In this document: positions 26,460 through 32,000 of the stretch, piece after piece
Position numbering within the stretch: the stretch's first letter is position 1
Layout of the letters: each line of letters begins with the position of its first letter
Source of the DNA: Candidatus Fokinia solitaria
GTDB taxonomy: Bacteria; Pseudomonadota; Alphaproteobacteria; Rickettsiales; Midichloriaceae
DNA: 32,000 bases
Direction: 5' to 3'
NCBI RefSeq assembly: GCF_003072485.1
Contig: NZ_CP025989.1
Coordinates: forward strand, 805,349-837,348
The notes under the pieces: model-generated
The model's input: the letters and a program-made list of their open reading frames with translations, nothing else
Database searches by the model: none
Told to the model about the DNA's origin: nothing
Translations under genes and position numbers: made by a program

Positions 26460-28502
26460 ATGAATGCAAATTCTTTCAAGGAAGAAATGTTATATGTGAA
26501 TATGATATTGCCTATAGCAGTAGATACTCATTTCGTATACAGCGTACAAAGTTCTAAAGATAATGTGCTAGGTAGATTTGCAGCAGTGCCTTTCAAAAAT
26601 ACCACTACCATTGGTCTGATAATCTCCATCAATAACGATAAAAAGCATCAATTCCGAATACGCGAAGCGATAAAGATACTGCATGAATTACCAGCAGTAC
26701 ATTCAAATATGATTCGATTTCTAGAAGCTACTGCACGCTATAATATGTATCCTGTTGGAGTTTTTTACAAAATGATCCTCGGAGGAATGCATACAAAAGC
26801 ACATAGAATAGGAAAGTTCAAAATAAACAAAGCCGAAACTGCAGATGACAAATTGCCGCAGAATATCTCTCTTTCTCCTCAACAAATGGAAATTGCATCA
26901 TCGATTTCTGCAAATTTACAACAATACTGCGTCCATGTATTACATGGAGTGACAGGCTCTGGCAAAACAGAAACATACCTTAATGTCGCTAAGAAAGTAA
27001 TAGATAGCGGTAAACAAGTATTAGTATTATTGCCGGAAATACTATTAAGTACGCAACTTTCAGCAAGATTTAAGAAATATTTCGGAGAAATAGGTATATG
27101 GCATTCAGAAATAAAGCAATCTGATAGAAATGCCACGTGGCACAGAGTGCAGCGTGGATATGATGATATACCGATGATAAAATTCGTAGCAGGTGCGCGG
27201 AGTGCCTTATATCTGCCAATGCACAATATAGGATTAATTATAGTAGATGAAGAACATGATACCTCATTTAAGCAGGAGGAAAATCCTCTTTATCAAGCAA
27301 GAGATATGGCAATCTTGCGCGCTAAACATCACGATATACCAATAATACTATCATCTGCTACACCATCGATACAGACGTTATATAACGCTTTCAAGAACAA
27401 GTATCGCTACTATGAATTAACTCAAAAATACAGCTTGACGGATTTACCTCATATACAGATTGCAGACATTCGCAAAAACGCTTTGCAATCCATGCTTCAT
27501 AGCAAGCAGAGAGCCCTACCGATTATCCATTCTGAATCATTGCAAGAAATGCAACGCACTCTTCATAGAGGAGAACAAGTAATGCTTTTCATCAATAGAA
27601 GAGGATATGCAAATATCTTAATGTGTAACTCCTGTGGCGCAAGAATTGGATGTCAGAGATGCAACGTACCTTTAACGTATCATAAAGCAAAAAATATCGT
27701 CCTATGCCATTATTGCGGCTATCATCACTCATTGCAATACTCCTGTCCTGTATGCAATGACGCTAACGGTATCAGACTATACGGCCTCGGTATAGAAAAA
27801 GTAAAAGAAGAACTAGATAAATTATTACCTGATCATGAAAGTGCATTTTTAAGCAGCGATCTTACAGTCAATAAAAGCGCAAACATCCTTTCAAAGATAG
27901 AAAATGGCGAGATCAAGATCATCGTAGGTACTCAAATACTATCTAAAGGCTTCCATTTTCCGAATCTGCAATTAATCGTTGTAATAGATTCTTCCGGTAC
28001 TCCACTTATTAGCGATATCAGAGCACTCGAAAAGACATATCAAAATCTCTATCAATTAATAGGACGTGCAGGAAGAGAGAAAAGCAATGCGAAAATTATT
28101 TTGCAAACACACGAGCCTACTCACTGGTTTGTACAATCCATCATCAATATGGATTATGGTAACTTCGTAAAGCAGGAAATACAAAATAGAGAAAGTGCAT
28201 CAATGCCACCTTTTACAAAATTATGCACTATCACCGTGCAGCATCAGAATGAAAAAACTGCCCTTCAATTGATCGATACTGTAGAAAACACCATGAGAAG
28301 TACAAATAATAAATACGATGTCGTTATAATGGGCGCATCAGAATGCCCTATATTTAGACTAAATAGCATGTTCCGCTATCGCATTATACTGCAGTCACGA
28401 CGCAACATGGCAATACAGAATTTCTTAAATGATATTTTTCACAAACATCCTAATATTAGGAAAAAAATTAAAATCGATATAGATCCGTATTCCTTTATAT
28501 GA
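26460..28502 (+). CDS. priA: Primosomal replication protein N' (PriA helicase)
   Basis: 680 aa; GVTGSGKTETYL, VPEILL-like LLPEILLSTQL, VGARSALYLP-like, IIVDEEHDTSFKQEENPLYQARD, zinc ligands CNSCGARIGCQRC / CHYCGY / CPVCN, GTQILSKGFHFPNL, IGRAGR. Confidence 0.96.
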   Translation: MNANSFKEEMLYVNMILPIAVDTHFVYSVQSSKDNVLGRFAAVPFKNTTTIGLIISINNDKKHQFRIREAIKILHELPAVHSNMIRFLEATARYNMYPVGVFYKMILGGMHTKAHRIGKFKINKAETADDKLPQNISLSPQQMEIASSISANLQQYCVHVLHGVTGSGKTETYLNVAKKVIDSGKQVLVLLPEILLSTQLSARFKKYFGEIGIWHSEIKQSDRNATWHRVQRGYDDIPMIKFVAGARSALYLPMHNIGLIIVDEEHDTSFKQEENPLYQARDMAILRAKHHDIPIILSSATPSIQTLYNAFKNKYRYYELTQKYSLTDLPHIQIADIRKNALQSMLHSKQRALPIIHSESLQEMQRTLHRGEQVMLFINRRGYANILMCNSCGARIGCQRCNVPLTYHKAKNIVLCHYCGYHHSLQYSCPVCNDANGIRLYGLGIEKVKEELDKLLPDHESAFLSSDLTVNKSANILSKIENGEIKIIVGTQILSKGFHFPNLQLIVVIDSSGTPLISDIRALEKTYQNLYQLIGRAGREKSNAKIILQTHEPTHWFVQSIINMDYGNFVKQEIQNRESASMPPFTKLCTITVQHQNEKTALQLIDTVENTMRSTNNKYDVVIMGASECPIFRLNSMFRYRIILQSRRNMAIQNFLNDIFHKHPNIRKKIKIDIDPYSFI

Positions 28503-28563
28503 ATGATGCATAAAAAATGAAAAAGCATTACAATCGCTTTAGCAAATTATTTATAAGTCGATT

Positions 28564-28938
28564 ATGTATAAATACGATACCGAAAATGTTTTTGCTAAAA
28601 TTTTACGCGGTGAGATCAACTGCAGAAAAGTATATGAGGATGATTATTGCCTCTCATTTCATGATATTACCCCTCTAGCTCCAGTACATGTCTTATGCAT
28701 ACCAAAGCTACAAGTGGTAAATTTTGAAACTTTTATGAGTATTGCAACTCCACAGTTCTCGCATCTCTTTTTTAGCGGATTATCCAATACTATTAAAATT
28801 CTAGAGCTACAAGGAGGTTATAGGTTAATTAGTAATTCTGGAGAAAATGCCATTCAAACAGTGCAACATTTCCATATCCACATCCTAGGTGGTGAGTCAT
28901 TAGGAGGATTGCTACCTGAACGTATAAAAAACGTATAA
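28564..28938 (+). CDS. HIT-family protein (HINT-like nucleotide hydrolase)
   Basis: 124 aa; FAKILRGEINCRKVYEDDYCLSFHDITPLAPVHVLCIPK...TVQHFHIHILGG (HxHxH-type motif). Confidence 0.93.
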   Translation: MYKYDTENVFAKILRGEINCRKVYEDDYCLSFHDITPLAPVHVLCIPKLQVVNFETFMSIATPQFSHLFFSGLSNTIKILELQGGYRLISNSGENAIQTVQHFHIHILGGESLGGLLPERIKNV

Positions 28939-28952
28939 ATTACCTAAGAAGT

Positions 28953-29948
28953 ATGATATTTCAAGATGATATTACTCGCATAGAGAATATAATTTATTCG
29001 TGCTTTGAATCTCAATCTGAAGAGAGAAGGCATCAACTCATACCTAAAGTTGCAAAGCATATACTAAGCGCAGGAGGTAAGAGAATCAGACCTTACCTCG
29101 CACTGTTAATAATGAGTTATAGCATGAAAGATACTGATTTCTGCGATGCAAGCTTATCTATATGCGCGGCAATAGAACTACTACACACAGCAACACTATT
29201 ACATGACGACGTCATAGATCATAGCGCTTATAGAAGAAATATCAAAACTGCAAACAAGATATGGGGAAATAATACAAGCATCTTAGTAGGTAATAATCTT
29301 TTCAGCAAAGCTTTCGAATTAATCGCAAAAACGAAATCTTATGAAATTATGGAGACTTTAGCTCGTGCTTCGTCACATATTACTCAAGCCGAAATCAAAC
29401 AACTTACAATAATAGGGCAATATAATATCGAGAAAAAAGAATACTTAAGTATTATATATGGAAAAACAGGTGCATTATTCGAAGCTACAGCTAAAATAGC
29501 TGCTATGTGGAAAAAATATCGTAACGCAAGCAAATGGGCTCGATTAGGGCGTAATATAGGAATACTTTTTCAAATCAAAGATGATGTATTGGATTACACT
29601 TCTCATAATACCGGTAAGAAACGCTTTCAAGATATTCTTGAAAGAAAAACTACGCTACCTCTTATGATATTGGTAGAAAATGCAAATTCGCAAGAAATGC
29701 ATATAATAAAAGAAATATTTGACAGTAAAAGGGGTGTTATAGCAGAAAGTAAACTTGACACTATCGCTCATTACATGCAGAAATACCAAATCGTGGAGAA
29801 AATACCACAATATACTAAATGTTACTTAGATGAAAGTATCGCAATATTGAACGATCTAAACAAAAATGCAAATTCTGAGAACGCTGTGCTCGCAATACAA
29901 GAGTGCATGAGTATCGTACATCATTTATCGAACTTTGAATCTGCTTAA
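28953..29948 (+). CDS. Polyprenyl diphosphate synthase (trans-isoprenyl, IspA/IspB type)
   Basis: 331 aa; GGKRIRPYLALL, LLHTATLLHDDVIDHS (first Asp-rich motif), LVGNNLFSKAF, GILFQIKDDVLDY (second Asp-rich motif). Chain length cannot be judged from sequence alone. Confidence 0.92.
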   Translation: MIFQDDITRIENIIYSCFESQSEERRHQLIPKVAKHILSAGGKRIRPYLALLIMSYSMKDTDFCDASLSICAAIELLHTATLLHDDVIDHSAYRRNIKTANKIWGNNTSILVGNNLFSKAFELIAKTKSYEIMETLARASSHITQAEIKQLTIIGQYNIEKKEYLSIIYGKTGALFEATAKIAAMWKKYRNASKWARLGRNIGILFQIKDDVLDYTSHNTGKKRFQDILERKTTLPLMILVENANSQEMHIIKEIFDSKRGVIAESKLDTIAHYMQKYQIVEKIPQYTKCYLDESIAILNDLNKNANSENAVLAIQECMSIVHHLSNFESA

Positions 29949-29996
29949 CTCTCCTTTAAAAAAAATATTTGTCTAGCTGAAATTTACAATAAACTT

Positions 29997-30040
29997 TGAG
30001 AATTGCTCACTTTCTTCGGTGAGGCTATTGCTCATTTTTT
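29997..30040 (+). terminator. Possible terminator/attenuator-like structure between the prenyl synthase and hflC
   Basis: TGAG-AATTG-CTCA (29997-30009) and TGAG-GCTATTG-CTCA (30020-30034) followed directly by TTTTTT; CTCAC(tttcttcg)GTGAG can form an alternative stem. Stems are short. Confidence 0.35.
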
Positions 30041-30200
30041 GAAAACGGACAAAATATCTACCACTATCAATTAAATGATTTATAGTTATTGTACTTAAGA
30101 CATTTAGCTTCTAGAGTTCATACAATATTTTATCGATGTGAAAAGGATAAAAGTAAAATAGATGGACAAAAATTTAGAGTGATGCAGCACTTTCTGTATA

Positions 30201-31121
30201 ATGCAGGAAGATTTACGAATTAATTCGAACATAAATATGAACTTCAACCATAGACGCGTGTTGCTACTGATAGTTTCTCTATCAGCATTTGCTGTACTTT
30301 CTTTGAGTAGTATTTACATATTACATCAAACGCAATACGCACTTGTGCTACAACTCGGAAAGCCAATTAAAGTGATAAAAGCGCCAGGTTTATGCGTAAA
30401 ACTTCCATTTATACAGAATGTCATTTTTTTCGATAACAGAATACAGAATATCACCTTCTCCTCTAATGATGCGAATGAATTTGTTACAGCAGAACAAAAG
30501 ACAATGAAAGCTGATGCATATTGCAAATACAGAATTGTTGAACCATTGCGCTTTTATGAATCTGTAAATAATGAATATGTTTTTAGAGAACGCTTGCTAG
30601 CCGTTATAGAATCTTCTCTACGTAAGATCATAGGTAGTGTTTCGTTCAATGATGTTCTGAGAGAAAATAGAAAGGTAGTGATAGAAAATGTCTTGTTGAA
30701 TGTAAAAACGCAAATGAGAGCATTCGGTATTGAAGTAATCGATGTCAGACTTGTAAGTGTTCAGCTACCTGAAAAAGCACTTAAAGCAGTTTATGAAAGA
30801 ATGAAAACAGATAGAGAGAAAGAAGCTGTCGAAATACGTTCGCAAGGTGCGGCACAAGCAAAATTAGTCAGAACAACAGCAGAAAAGGATTGCGCGCTCA
30901 TTATTGCTGAAGCAGAGAGACGAGCGCAAGAAATTATGGGAGAAGGAGATGCTGAAGCGGCAAAAATTGTAGCTTCAGCCGCTGCAGTAGATAAAGATTT
31001 TTACGTATTTTATAAAAGAATTGAAGGATATAAAAAAGCACTATCTGATAAAACATACTTCCTTCTTTCCAATGAAATGGGATTTTTGGATACATTTTTC
31101 AAAGGTGTAAAAAGCGAATAG
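30201..31121 (+). CDS. hflC: HflC-like SPFH-domain protease modulator
   Basis: LHQTQYALVLQLGKPIKVIKAPGLCVKLPFIQNVIFFDNRIQN...MRAFGIEVIDVRLVSVQLPEKALKAVYERMKTDREKEAVEIRSQGAAQA...ADAxVDKDFYVFYKRIEGYKKAL region. Alternative start ATG 30237. Confidence 0.9.
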   Translation: MQEDLRINSNINMNFNHRRVLLLIVSLSAFAVLSLSSIYILHQTQYALVLQLGKPIKVIKAPGLCVKLPFIQNVIFFDNRIQNITFSSNDANEFVTAEQKTMKADAYCKYRIVEPLRFYESVNNEYVFRERLLAVIESSLRKIIGSVSFNDVLRENRKVVIENVLLNVKTQMRAFGIEVIDVRLVSVQLPEKALKAVYERMKTDREKEAVEIRSQGAAQAKLVRTTAEKDCALIIAEAERRAQEIMGEGDAEAAKIVASAAAVDKDFYVFYKRIEGYKKALSDKTYFLLSNEMGFLDTFFKGVKSE

Positions 31122-31131
31122 TAGAGAGACG

Positions 31132-31707
31132 ATGAAGAAATTACTTATCATGAAAAGTGATTATAGCGAAGTAGATAATGACTTACTTAGCACTATCAAG
31201 GATATCGAATTTTCCGTCTATGTTGAAAAAATATGCTGCTATAGCGTAGATAGCAGAATAAAAGTAGTGCAATCCGTAAAACAAGGCACAGCTACTGTAT
31301 ATGATGTAAAATGTCTCACTCAATTGAGTAATGATTGCGATTGTATACTTTTACTAAGTAAGCTCGGTAATAGTTTTTACGAATATACTAAAATGATGTT
31401 ATGCTACCTTGCCGCTTTAAAGGAGAAGACAGTATTGATTAATAGCAGCATATTCACTGATACATTTCTTGCGCTCAGTAACCACCAAATAAGAAATTGG
31501 TACATCTTTGGCAGTACTTGCAATGATTATTTTAGCCGCCTTGATCATAGCGCGATGCTAACACAAGCTAAAGCTAATTCAGTGCATTTTGTTTTATTTG
31601 ATAAAGAACGTAAGTCGCAACAAAATCTATTTGAAAATGATATTTTAAACGCAGCAACTGATATCGCTTTTGCATTTTATAGCCGACAAAATTCTCTTCA
31701 GTCTTAA
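31132..31707 (+). CDS. Hypothetical protein immediately downstream of hflC
   Basis: 191 aa intact ORF from ATG, starting 10 nt after the hflC stop, same strand and no competing ORF. No family recognised. Confidence 0.6.
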   Translation: MKKLLIMKSDYSEVDNDLLSTIKDIEFSVYVEKICCYSVDSRIKVVQSVKQGTATVYDVKCLTQLSNDCDCILLLSKLGNSFYEYTKMMLCYLAALKEKTVLINSSIFTDTFLALSNHQIRNWYIFGSTCNDYFSRLDHSAMLTQAKANSVHFVLFDKERKSQQNLFENDILNAATDIAFAFYSRQNSLQS

Positions 31708-31803
31708 GCTATACATATTTATCTTGTAATCAGTACTTCCAGATTATCATCTTTACCATCATAAACATACAAGTGCGTCGTTATGCATTATTCACACATA
31801 TAA

Positions 31804-32000
31804 GTGTCAGAACAATTTCACATTAGCGGATATGCTGCAGTATTTGAATGTAATGATTTAAACAATGATATTATAAAACAACACGCTTTTGGCGATGCTA
31901 TCCCTCCTATGCTACCATTACTATGGGAACATGCCTCTAATCAGCCAATAGGATATACTACAAGTATAGAGCAAGATGAACACGGATTATACGTAAGTGC
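31804..32000 (+). CDS. HK97-family phage prohead (capsid maturation) protease, N-terminal part, runs off the right edge
   Basis: Manual translation from GTG 31804: (M)SEQFHISGYAAVFECNDLNNDIIKQHAFGDAIPPMLPLLWEHASNQPIGYTTSIEQDEHGLYVSA...; matches the HK97 prohead protease start pattern (GyaavF...D..gDii..GAF...P.LweHd...piG.....ed..GLyv.g). Absent from the ORF track because it is truncated. Confidence 0.78.
   Translation, partial: MSEQFHISGYAAVFECNDLNNDIIKQHAFGDAIPPMLPLLWEHASNQPIGYTTSIEQDEHGLYVS

Noticed and set aside
26423-26461. Tiny ORF MRYLQELIAYVPS whose TGA overlaps the priA ATG (ATGA), considered as a leader peptide
   Set aside because: Only 13 codons, no clear ribosome binding site or regulatory structure; likely chance.

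Overview
The window looks like an AT-rich alphaproteobacterial chromosome segment. I infer Rickettsiales, more Midichloriaceae/Anaplasmataceae-like than Rickettsia, because MEP-pathway ispG, pyruvate phosphate dikinase, fused folK-folP, a GapR/DUF2312 protein and many small housekeeping genes occur together. This is not confirmed by any marker search. Gene content is mostly core: DsbA-like (partial), AGCS symporter, Xer recombinase, rlmE, tig, gpmI, malic enzyme, secreted pentapeptide-repeat protein, SSB, folKP, rppH, rbfA, maf, rimP, ppdK, RNase J, ispG, rplE, MidA/NDUFAF7-type methyltransferase, GapR-like protein, feoA, feoB, SurA-like, priA, HIT protein, polyprenyl synthase, hflC, a hypothetical, and a partial HK97-type prohead protease at the right edge. 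No CRISPR array, IS element, rRNA, confident tRNA or defence system was recognised. The observations most worth a second look are: (1) an imperfect tandem array of about 129 bp units (5 copies, ~5421-6072) carrying inverted-repeat elements and an in-frame Cys/His-rich peptide on the minus strand; (2) an SSB with two tandem OB-fold domains; (3) an isolated ribosomal protein L5 gene outside an spc-type operon; (4) a prohead protease start at the right edge, missed by the ORF track, possibly part of a gene transfer agent or prophage remnant; (5) a secreted pentapeptide-repeat protein. None of these alone proves a new system.
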